A DNA stretch of 64,000 nucleotides from Candidatus Multivoradales bacterium (GTDB taxonomy: Bacteria > Acidobacteriota > Thermoanaerobaculia > Multivoradales > Multivoraceae): assembly GCA_965223325.1 (NCBI GenBank), contig CBDCWI010000002.1, forward strand, positions 2,560,001 to 2,624,000, in the 5' to 3' direction. This document shows positions 1-10,200 of the stretch, in pieces (the stretch's first letter is position 1; each line of letters opens with the position of its first letter). The notes beneath the pieces were generated by a model. That model searched no databases, had not been told where the DNA came from, and saw only the letters and a program-made list of their open reading frames with translations. The position numbers and the translations under genes were made by a program.

Positions 1-482
1 CCACCCGCCGCGATCTCCTCCTCTCGAGCGGAGCAGCAACCGGCGCCGTGGCCACCGCTCTGGCGGGCGGACTGCTGCTGACCCCAGACAGCGCCGCAGC
101 GCACGAAGTGGAGATCAACGCGATGGGACCGACGCCTGAACAGGTTCAGCAGTTCCTGGCGCTACCCGAGGGACCGATCGTGATGGTCAACCTGCTCAAG
201 TTCAAGCCCGACGGCGGCCGCGAAGAGTACGCGAAGTACGGCATGAAGATCGCTCCCATCCTCGAGAAGATCGGTGCCCGGGTGCTCTTTTCCGGTGAGG
301 CAAAGGTGTGCTTGATCGGCAGTGGCAACTGGGATTCCGTGGCGCTGGTCGAGTACCCCGACCGCACTGCGCTCCTCGAGATGTCGCGCTCGGAGGAGTA
401 CCAGGCCATTCACCACCATCGCGCCGCCGGCCTCGCGGGCCAGGTGAACTACGCAGTTGCTCAGACGGCTGGCATCGGCTGA
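1..482 (+). CDS. DUF1330-family protein with Tat signal peptide (5' end outside window)
   Basis: PIVMVNLLKFK...WDSVALVEYP...SEEYQAIHHHRAAGL is typical of DUF1330. The frame is open from base 3 and reads TRRDLLLSSGAATGAVATALAGG (twin-arginine motif). Confidence 0.75.
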   Translation, partial: TRRDLLLSSGAATGAVATALAGGLLLTPDSAAAHEVEINAMGPTPEQVQQFLALPEGPIVMVNLLKFKPDGGREEYAKYGMKIAPILEKIGARVLFSGEAKVCLIGSGNWDSVALVEYPDRTALLEMSRSEEYQAIHHHRAAGLAGQVNYAVAQTAGIG

Positions 483-587
483 GGGCGACAGAGGCGGCCA
501 TTGCGACTGGCCTAAGCAGCTGCAGCTCGCTTGAAGGGAGGATCCTTCTCGCAACGTTTGGCGCTCGAGGAGCATCATGCTTCTTGT

Positions 588-1193
588 ATGCCAGCGAAGA
601 CGACCAGCCGCCCGCACGACCAGCGGCACAGCCCAACGGCCAACGGGCTGATCGAGAAGATCGCGGCCGGAGATCGGCGCGCGGAGCAAGACCTGTACAA
701 CCTCCTGGTGCGGCGGGTCATTGCCCTCGTCTATCGCATGACGGGAAACCGCGAAGCGACCTGGGACCTCACTCAGGAGACCTTCCTGGCGGTCTACCGC
801 GCCGCCCCCACCTGGCAGGGGCGCGGCTCCGCCGAGGCCTGGGTCTTGCGCATCGCTGGCAACCTGGCGCGGCAGGCGTATCGCTCCGACGATCGCCGTC
901 GACGTCTGGTCGAAGGCTACGCTCGTTCGACACACCCTGATCGGACCGCTGGCGGAAGCCTGCAGGCGGTCGACCGCCTGGTTGTTCGAGAGGCCCTGGC
1001 GCAACTACCCGCGGCGCTTCGACAAGTGGTGGTTCTGGCGTTGGTCGACGGCCTGAGCCACGAAGAGATCGCCAGCGGCCTCGATATCGCTGTCGGCACC
1101 TCGCGGGCGCGGCTCTCCCGCGGCCGCGACGCCCTCCGCCGCATGCTCTCGCAGACTTCCGACCCACTCCCGACAGGAGATGACAATGAGTGA
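588..1193 (+). CDS. ECF RNA polymerase sigma-70 factor
   Basis: Region 2 (DLTQETFLAVYR, AWVLRIAGN) and region 4 (LSHEEIASGLDIAVGTSRARLSRGR). ATG at 588 chosen over TTG at 531. Confidence 0.9.
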   Translation: MPAKTTSRPHDQRHSPTANGLIEKIAAGDRRAEQDLYNLLVRRVIALVYRMTGNREATWDLTQETFLAVYRAAPTWQGRGSAEAWVLRIAGNLARQAYRSDDRRRRLVEGYARSTHPDRTAGGSLQAVDRLVVREALAQLPAALRQVVVLALVDGLSHEEIASGLDIAVGTSRARLSRGRDALRRMLSQTSDPLPTGDDNE

Positions 1194-1806
1194 GCGAAGG
1201 ATCGATGAACGCATTCGCAACCATGCGGAGCCGGTTCCAGAGTTCGACGTCAGAGCACTCGGCGAGCAGCTCGAAGAGCGTCGAAGCGCCGAACTTTTCG
1301 AGGGCCCTGGCGCTCGCAGCACGACCACGTCTCCGCCGCGAGGGTGGCGTCTCCTTCTCCACGCCGCGGCGCTGGTGATGGTCTTCTCCCTGGGCGGAGT
1401 CGTCGGCTCGACACTCGAGAACAGGAAGGTGCCCAGCGAGGAACCCCACGGCCAAACTGCAGGCGACAGAGTCTCGTTTTCCCCACCGACCGACGTGGCG
1501 CTCGAAATCCAGGCTTCGGGAACTGCGCTCCAAGAGCTCCTCGGCGGTGTCCCTGCCAGCGAACTCGACCTGCAACACCGTCAGCGAGTCGAAGAAGCCG
1601 TCTTCGCATTGATGCACGGTCTCGCCCACGAAACGAGTCGGCTGGGGGGGGCTTCACCTCACCCCCTCTCGCAACGACTCGAGGAGCTGATCGCGCGTCA
1701 TCGTTTTGCCGCTGCAGGTCTTGCGGCCGCGGCTCCGAACGTGCCTGGCACAACGAGCACCAACCCGGATGCGGGAATCGCTGGTAAGGCCAGAGGTGGT
1801 TCGTGA
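1186..1806 (+). CDS. putative membrane anti-sigma factor
   Basis: Overlaps the sigma stop codon. Single TM segment (LLLHAAALVMVFSLGGVVG). Position is typical of an ECF anti-sigma. Confidence 0.55.
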   Translation: MSERRIDERIRNHAEPVPEFDVRALGEQLEERRSAELFEGPGARSTTTSPPRGWRLLLHAAALVMVFSLGGVVGSTLENRKVPSEEPHGQTAGDRVSFSPPTDVALEIQASGTALQELLGGVPASELDLQHRQRVEEAVFALMHGLAHETSRLGGASPHPLSQRLEELIARHRFAAAGLAAAAPNVPGTTSTNPDAGIAGKARGGS

Positions 1807-2324
1807 ATCGCCCGCCGCATCGAGACCGATCTTCCCAGGCGTGGCTCGCCTCAGGGTTCGTCCTGCTCTTTCTCATGGCAGTGGTGGCCGCGCCGTCGCG
1901 GGCCGCAGAGGGCGACTGCGAATCCGGCCTCGTTGGTATCGGTGTAGGGCTCTTTCAGTGTCCGGGTGGAATCTGTCTCAAGCGGCCAGAGAGCCCCAAT
2001 GGGCAACGCGGCGTCCGCTGGCAGTTCTCCGTCGAACCGCGTTTGTTTGGAATCGATGCCGACATCGGGCGAGGCCTGGCGGACGGCGATCGTCTGGTTT
2101 CGGTCGGTGGGCTGCTGGTGACTTCGCCCGAAGGAGGTGTGCTCCTGGGCACGCTCAGCGACGGCCAGCATGTCGAGGTCGTCGTCCGTCGCCCGGACGG
2201 CTTACACCGGCTCCTGATCGAAGCAAGAACGATGTGCTCTAAACAGCGCCTGGTGGTCACATCAACTGCCGGCGAGGCGTTCTCGTTCCTCGAAGTCGAC
2301 GCGGAGAAGGACGGACGGCGATGA
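1803..2324 (+). CDS. secreted PDZ-like domain protein
   Basis: Signal peptide. GLADGDRLVSVGG...GQHVEVVVRR is PDZ-like. Cys-rich N-terminal part. 4-bp overlaps with both neighbours. Confidence 0.6.
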   Translation: MNRPPHRDRSSQAWLASGFVLLFLMAVVAAPSRAAEGDCESGLVGIGVGLFQCPGGICLKRPESPNGQRGVRWQFSVEPRLFGIDADIGRGLADGDRLVSVGGLLVTSPEGGVLLGTLSDGQHVEVVVRRPDGLHRLLIEARTMCSKQRLVVTSTAGEAFSFLEVDAEKDGRR

Positions 2325-4219
2325 GCCGCCGATCCTGGCTACCTCTTGCGTCCCTTGGAGTCGCCTCTCTCATCGGCTGTTGGCAGCAATCGGACTCGAT
2401 GTCTGGAGCTCCCACCGCCACTTCAGCCGAAACGGCGACGCTCGAGGAGTACCTCAATCGCGTCGAGGCATACGGTTTCGCCGGCTCGGTCATCGTCGGC
2501 TACCGCGACGAAGTGATCCTAGAGCGCGGCATCGGCCCGCGCACCTGCGACGGCACGGCGACCGTTGACGGGGAAAGTCTCTACTTCGTCGCTTCTCTCT
2601 CCAAGGCGTTCACAGCCATGGCGGTCCTGAGATCAGTCGAGCGCGGCGACATCGACCTCAGCGACGGCATCGCAGAACTCCTCGGCCACCAGGTCGAGGT
2701 TCCCGCTGCGGCGCGCGCCATCACACCGCTCCACCTCCTCACGCACCGTTCGGGCCTCGCCCCCCTCGACCTCGACCAACGCGAACGTGCCAAGAGTGCG
2801 ATCGACTTCGTCCGGGTCGCGTTCGAGAAGCCTCTGCAGTTCGAGCCCGGTGAAAGGGTCCGCTACTCGAACACTGGCTACTCCCTCCTGGCAGCCGCGG
2901 TGGAGCTCCGTTCGGGCATCCCTTTTGCCGACTTCCTCGCCGACGAGGTCCTAGAACCAGCAGGCCTCTCCAGCACCACTCTCGTCGACACCAAGGGAAC
3001 GAGCGATACGCCCGCTCGAGAGCCAGGCAAGCACCATGCGCGCGCCTGCCGTGCGGGAGTCGACCAGGGCGGACCACTTCTCTCTCATCGGGAGACCCTC
3101 GGATTCGCAGACCTGGGCGCAGTCGGCGTCGTATCCAACGCCCGCGATCTATCGCGCTGGGTGCGCTGCCTGGCAACGGACTGCCTTCTCGCCGGCACGA
3201 CCCGGAGCACGGTCGACGAACAGCTCGCCCACGCGCGCCGCACCTGGAACGCACCAGCAGGCCGCGGCTTCGGCTTCGGCTGGGTCAGCGATCGCACCCC
3301 GCACGGGGAACCGCGCCTCTGGCACGACGGTCTACTCCTGCCCGAGGGATGGAACGGTCAGATTCGTCTCTACCCAGTGAGCGGACTTCACCTGGTGGTA
3401 CTGAGTGGCCAGCATGCCGAGCAGCCGCGCGGGTGGGAAGTCGCGCGTAACCTCGAGCGGCTGATCTTCGGCGGCTCTGTCGACTGGCCACCTTCGCCGA
3501 CCGACGGGCAGGGCGCCGGGAGCGGATCACCTAGCGCCATCGAGCCGGGTCGCTACGACCTGCGCGGCGGCGGCGAACTAGAAATCGTTCGGCTGCAGAA
3601 CCGCTACACGCTCGAGCCACACGGCCAGGCGGCCGTCGACCTGGTGCGGCAGGCTAGCGACGAGCAGCGCCTGGTTCACCAGGAGCGCAACGAAGCGAGC
3701 CACGACATCCTTTCGCGCCTCTGGCGTGGCGATTTCGAAGGCGTTCAGAAACGCTACGCCGGACGACCGCTCGAGCAGTGGCGACCTCGAACAGAGAAAA
3801 CGCTAGCCTGGCTCGCCGAGCGCTTCTCCAGCGGAGCCACTCGCGAGACCCCGCCCCAGATTGAGGTCATTCATACGGTGTCGCTTGGCGAAGATGGGCC
3901 ACAGGAAACCTACATCCGACTCGTGGCGACCGCCACATTAGCGCCCGAGGGCGAGACCGCACCCCCCCTCGTCCTGCGCGTCGTATGGTTCGACGGTCGC
4001 TTCGTCGGCATGTCCGATCGCGGCGCCTTCCTCGGCAAGACCCCATCGGTCGAAGTACTGCCCGGGCCGATCGTCCTGGCCGGACCTTCAGCCGAAGGCG
4101 TCTACCGGGCCTGGGATGCCGCAACTCTCAGATCCTTCGAGGTCCGTCCGCTTACGAAAGGCGAGTTCGAAGTACATGCCGGCGAAAGAATCGTCATCGC
4201 CCGGCTACGCGCGCTGTAG
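2321..4219 (+). CDS. serine hydrolase, beta-lactamase class C/PBP-like family, probable lipoprotein
   Basis: SxxK (ASLSK), LLTHRSGL, YSNTGY, WHDG motifs; lipobox LIGC. Confidence 0.85.
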   Translation: MSRRSWLPLASLGVASLIGCWQQSDSMSGAPTATSAETATLEEYLNRVEAYGFAGSVIVGYRDEVILERGIGPRTCDGTATVDGESLYFVASLSKAFTAMAVLRSVERGDIDLSDGIAELLGHQVEVPAAARAITPLHLLTHRSGLAPLDLDQRERAKSAIDFVRVAFEKPLQFEPGERVRYSNTGYSLLAAAVELRSGIPFADFLADEVLEPAGLSSTTLVDTKGTSDTPAREPGKHHARACRAGVDQGGPLLSHRETLGFADLGAVGVVSNARDLSRWVRCLATDCLLAGTTRSTVDEQLAHARRTWNAPAGRGFGFGWVSDRTPHGEPRLWHDGLLLPEGWNGQIRLYPVSGLHLVVLSGQHAEQPRGWEVARNLERLIFGGSVDWPPSPTDGQGAGSGSPSAIEPGRYDLRGGGELEIVRLQNRYTLEPHGQAAVDLVRQASDEQRLVHQERNEASHDILSRLWRGDFEGVQKRYAGRPLEQWRPRTEKTLAWLAERFSSGATRETPPQIEVIHTVSLGEDGPQETYIRLVATATLAPEGETAPPLVLRVVWFDGRFVGMSDRGAFLGKTPSVEVLPGPIVLAGPSAEGVYRAWDAATLRSFEVRPLTKGEFEVHAGERIVIARLRAL

Positions 4220-4277
4220 TGTTCCCCGGGGTCATCCTCCGAGCCGTCACTCACCGGCGCGAACCCACGCTTCCGAT

Positions 4278-7200
4278 CTACTGGTCCTCCGGCAGAAGTA
4301 GAGCCGGGTCGCCCAGAATGTTGTAGGTCTCAAAGGGGTTGACCGACGAGAACTGTCCCGAGACGCCCGCGAAGGCGCCGATCACGGCGTCACCCAGGGT
4401 CACCGCCTTTCCTTTCCAGACGGCCTGGAACAGGGCGCGGTCGAGCGCTGCGCCTTGACGGTTGATCGACACGCCGCTCGGCGAGAACACCGCGACGGCC
4501 CCACCTTCAGGTGCGAGAACCAGCTCGGTGCCAAGGGCGGGATAGCCGGGAACTTCAAAGCGCCCTGCGACACAGGTCATCGCCGAGAAGATTGTTCCCG
4601 AGCGTTCGGCGCCGAGCAGGCTCACGTCAGCACTGGTCAAAAGACCCTCTGCTGCGAAGCGGTCGACGCCACCGTGGCCTATGTAGTTGACCCAGAAGTT
4701 CGTCGCCTCGAGCTCCTCGAAAAGAGCCCCTCGGGCGTCAGAGAGAGACAGGTCCGAGAGGTAGACGCGTTCGATGTTGGTTGAGGGCTCGACCAACCGC
4801 ACCAGGGTCTCGCTGTCCGCTGGGAAATCGCCGACGCTGGCGTCGGTGTTGTCGGCCAGCAGGATCACCTGGCCGCGTTCACCCCTGGACTCGAAGGCCT
4901 CGAGCTTCTCGCGGTAGGCGTCGAGCTCGGCCATGGTGTGGACCGGGATGCGACCGACCGCGATCTCGGGCACACCGTCGTCCTCGCCCGCAACGTCACC
5001 CATCGCGAGATCTCCGGCAAAGAGACCGTTGCGCCGCACCGCGCGCAGAAGCGGCGGCATTGGCTCGAGACCCGTACCGAGCACGTCACGGTAGTCGTAG
5101 GTTCCGGCGCCGATGAGGACCGCGTAGCGCGGCTTGTTGTGCCAGTTGTGGTACGCCGCAGCAAGGAAGTCTCGAATGGCACGCGGGTCCCGGTCGCCGT
5201 GACTGAACTGGCCGTAGATGTCTTCGACATCGAAGACCAGGGTTCCCATTTCGCGCCGGTCACGTGTTCTGGCGAGGCGCTCGGCCGCCGGGCGTAGCGC
5301 GGCCGGTGTGATGACGATGTAGTCGGCACCTCCAAGGCGCAGGAGGTCCTTCTCTTCGCGCGGCTGGAAGACCTCTGGAGTGAGCACAGCGCTGGATGCC
5401 ACCGCCAGGTACTCGCCTCCCGGTTCCGGTCCGAAGAGGACTCGATACCTACCCGAGGAAAGATGGGGATTCGTAGCAAGTGCTCGCGCTCGCAGGGGGT
5501 CGCTCACCTCGAAGAGCATTACGTCGCCCTTGGTGAACCCGCCAACTGCAAGACTCGACGAGCTCTCGGCACGGAAGCGCAGGCGGTCTTCATGGGCGGC
5601 CAGGTGACGAGGATAGGTCAGATCAAAACTGTTGATGTAGAAGATGCTCTTGTCGGCCTCGCCGTCGAGCAAACCGGTGACCTGAATCTGATTGGCGCCG
5701 TCCTCGAGCATGCTGGACGGGAAGTCGAATCCGAACGTCCGGCGGCCACGACCCTTCCAGGCGTAGTCACCGAGGTAGGCGTCGTTGAGGTAGAGCTCGA
5801 TGTGATGCTCACGGTCAACACCGGTGCTACTGGCAGAGAAGACCTCGAGGTCGAGCCTTGCGGTCCCGCCGACGTTGGCCAGCTGCTCCACTAAGACGTC
5901 ATAGCTGTGACTGCCCGCCACCGGGTTGCCAGCCACCACTGCTGACCAGTACCAGAAGTCCTCGAGCGCGTGGTTCGCCGCCGCCGTTGCCCCCAGCACG
6001 TCCTCTTCGAAGTGAACCGTCGATTGGAAGTCGGTCACACTCACCAGGCCGGTGGTCGCCGGCAACACCTTCTGCATGAGCACACCGTTGCCGATGCGCA
6101 ACTGGTAGTTCGTCGTGTCGGAGAAGATCGAGCTCGACGGGGTCGCGACGAAGTAGAAGCCCTGGCTGTCGGCTGCCGGGTGAATGGCAACCAGATCGCC
6201 CGCCCGCGTCAGCTCGAAACGCCCCTCGGCAAGGTAGGACTCGAGGTGGCGGCCAAGACGCCCGAGATGAGGTCTCAACTCGTCGAGCGCGACGAAGACC
6301 AGACCCGCGCCATCGGGATGATCGACACGCACGCCGATATCGAAGATCGCGTTCTCGAAGCTCTCGAAGGGAGCAATGAGCGGTCTCGTCGGCCGGCGGC
6401 CAGCGCCCTGCCTGGCGTTCTGTTCGAGGGATTCGAGACCACGGTCGTCGCCCCGCTCCCGGTTCACACCACGTGCCGGCCGGCGGACATGCGGCTCGCG
6501 CGCGAGCGCTTGCATCGCCTTCTCGAGCGGTTGGCGGTTTCCCGGGGGTTCGAGGGTTGCAAAGAAGGGCCCGTGGACCCGCTCGGCACCCGAAGCTTCG
6601 ATCTCGACCACCGCGTAGTAGCTGCCGTCGGCCTCTGGCCAGTGGTTGGCCGCCATACGGTAGTGACCGCCCTGCGGTTCGCCGGCTGAAGGAACCACAT
6701 CGTCGGCCAGGTGGACCCACTCCTCGGTGTCGGTCTTCCACTGCATGAGGTAGAAGGCAACCGTACCCACCTCAGACGCCGTCGACCACTCCACCACCGG
6801 CACGCCGCCGTCGTTGTAGACGCGGAAGTCGGACGTCAATGCCATGGTGACGGTGTCGAAGCCGAAGTCGTTGTTCGGGTCGTCGAAGCCAGTGCCGACG
6901 AAGACCGAGCGTTCGAGGTTGTCGGTGGTCAGCGCGGTCGAGGCGGGCAAGGTCGACGGCTCGACCTCGAGCACGTAGGGGCCACCAGACAGCAGGCCGA
7001 ACTCGAAGTCGCCATTGCTGTCGGTGGTGACCGAACGCACCAGGGGATCGGTCGAGTCGATGACCCCGTCGTTGTCCTGATCGAAGTACAGGTTGACGGT
7101 GGCGTTCTGCCAGCCGGTCTCCGTCGGGTGGTAGAGGCCGTCGCTGTTGTCGTCGAGGAAGACGGTGCCCAGAATGGTGTTCGTTCCGGCACCGTTCGAC

Positions 7201-10200
7201 TGCAGGAGACGGCAGTCCGAGCCCTCGTAGTCACCGCCGATGCCGAAGGGCTCACCGGCGTCTTCCGTCGGGTCGGTCGGATGGGTCGCCTCACCGGTCG
7301 TGAAGTCGATCTTCCACAGTCGATCGTCGGTCGATGAACTACCGGAATTACCGGTCGTGCCCCACATCACGCCGAGGTGGTCGAAACCGGTCCCTTCCAT
7401 ATCGTCGACCCGGTCGCCATTGACATCGACGATGTCGACGCAGCTCAGGAAGCGACCCGTCGGAACTCCGTTGGAGTCGAGCTCGAGCTCGCCGAGCTGC
7501 TGGTTGTTCCCACCCTGGTCGACCTGGACGAAGAATCTGCCATCCTCGGAGATCGCAATGTCGTCCATGTCGTGTTCGTCACAGACGGCACCACCGTTGT
7601 CGCCGTCGAAGTCGGGAATCAGGTAGTCGACTCCTGGGCCGAAGACATCTGGGATATGTGCGCCGGTGCTGTAGTCGATCTTGAAAAGCGCGTCAGAGTC
7701 CGACGACCGGCGGAACGTCCCCCAGAGTTCGAGGCTCTGCGGATGGAAGGCAAGGCCATCGACATCATCGAAGAGGAGCTCGCCGTCCGAGCCGCCACCT
7801 GTTCCAAACTCTCCGATCGAGGTGTAGGCGGCCGTCGTCAGGTTGAGCGTGCCAAGTGTCCCCGTTGAGCCTTCATCATCGGCGGCGTAGAGAAGCGGGC
7901 CAGTTGCCGACGGCCCGAAGGTGATCGCTTCAATCGATACAGCACCCGAGTTGCCGATCTCGGTGACTGTGTGAGGCGAGCTGCGGCCCATCGAAACCAG
8001 CTTTGAACCGCTGTCTGAGAGCGCCCAGCAGAGATCCTCGACGACCGTCGGATCCTGAATGGTGGTTCCCCCGCTGAAGGAGTTGTTGGGGGCATAGGGG
8101 TCGATCGCCCGGGTCGCTGAGGTCACCGAGGCGCTGTTGGTGATCGTCCCGGCGGTGCTGGGAGCGGTCACCTTGATCGTAATCTCCGGTGCCCAGCCGA
8201 CGGAGAGGCTGGAGGCGGTGCAGGTCACCACCAGGCTGCTCTCGGAGCACGACCAGCCCGTACCGGTGGCACTCACATACGTCACACCCGAAGGAAGGGT
8301 GTCGGTAACCGTCGTGGTCGCGGGAATCGCCGGACCGTAGTTGATCACCCTCAGGGTGTAGGTGATCGTGCCGCTGAGCTCGACCGGATCTGGACCGTCG
8401 ATGACCACGATGCCGAGATCGACATCGGAGGGGGTTCCAACGGTGGTGTTCTCGAAGTCGGCGTTGTTGAGCTCGTTCGTGTCTGGTTCATCAGCGCTGA
8501 TGTTCGCCTTGTTGACGATCACCTGATCGCTGGCCGGGGCCGTGACCACAACGGAGATTGCGGGCCCAACACCGACCGCCAACGTGGCACGAGTACAAGT
8601 CACGGTGCGCGCAACCTGACCACATGCCCAGCCCGTACCGGTGGCACTGACGAAAGTTGCCGCCGCCGGAAGGGTGTCAATCACCACCGGGTTGGTGGCG
8701 GCATTCGGCCCGAGGTTCTCAGGGGTCACCGTGTAGGTCACCGTTCCGCTGGTCGCCACTGGGTCGGGGCTGTCCGAAATCGCGACGGTGAGATCTGCAG
8801 TCGGGCCCGAGGACACCGTCGTTGACATCGTGGCATTGTTGTTGCCACCCACCGGGTCGGGGTTGTCGGCGCTGACCGTTCCGCTGCCGTTCAAGGTCGT
8901 CGGCGAGGCCGGCGCTGTGACATTGATGTTGATCACTGGAGCTGCCGAGGAGCCGGCGATCGTCGCGCGTGTACAGGTCACCACACCACTCGCCTGGTTA
9001 CAGGTCCAACCGACGCCCGCGGCACTGTTAAAGGTCACACCCGAAGGCAGAGTGACCGAAACGACAACGTTGTCGCCCTGGATGGTCGAGTTGTTGGTCA
9101 CCGTGGCACCGTAGATGAGCGTGCTCGAGACGACGACTGGATCTGGCGTATCGGTGACTGCAAGAGAGAGATCGACGTTGGTACCGACATTGACCGTCGT
9201 GGTCTCGGAGTCGCTGTCATTCGCCGACACGGGATCGGGCTCGTCGGCCGAGATCGTCGCAGTGTTGTTGACCACGGTCGGTGCGGCAGGAGCCGTGACT
9301 GTGATGGTGATGACCGGCGCGGTCTCTTCCGGAGCGATCGACGAGCGCGTGCAGGTCACGGTGCCGGACGATTCGCTGCACGACCAGCCGGTCCCACTAG
9401 CGGAGACATAGCTGACGGCAGCCGAAAGCGTGTTCGTCACCACCACGTTGTTGGCGGTGTCGGGACCCAGGTTGTTGGCCGTCAGCGTGTAGACGAGGGT
9501 GCCACTCGCAGCGACCGGATCAGGTGAATCGGCGATGCTGATTGCTACGTCGGCGCCTTCGAGGCGCACCTTGCCGTAGGACTCGTACGTGTCGAGGGCT
9601 TTGCTCCCCGTCGAGTCGTAGAGCCGGAAACAGTAGGTGGCGCCGTCAGTGGCGTTGCTGGTCGCCTTCACCGCGTACTCGATCTCGGTGAACCGATCGA
9701 TGGCGAGAGTGATCGCACTGGTGGTATTGCCTGCGTCCTTGACCTCGCCGGCAACGAAGGTCGTCGACTCGTCCGTCAAGCCCGGATCGATGTTGGTGGT
9801 CGGATCACCGTCGGTGAGATGAGTGGATCCCGTGATCTGCCAGTCGCCGCTGGTGTCGGTGGGCACATCGACGTAGGCCCCGCCGCTACAGGTCGTGGTT
9901 TCGGCAACTTGTAGTTTGTAGGCGACGCCGCCCGATCCCAGCGTGCCCTCGTTCGAGACCTCAAAGCGAATGCGACGCGTCGAGTTCTTGGGCACCTCGA
10001 CGATCTCGGCATCCTCAGCGGCAGCCGAGGTAGCGCCGGCACCGCCGACGTTGGTCTTCTGCGCCACCAGCGTCCTCTCGTGCATGACGGCGGTCCCGCC
10101 TTCGGTGCGCCACTTCACCTCGATCGTTTGACCCGCTCCGAGCCCGGAGACCACGGCATGCGTCATCATGTTCGTCGAGGTGTTAGGAATCGAACCCTCG

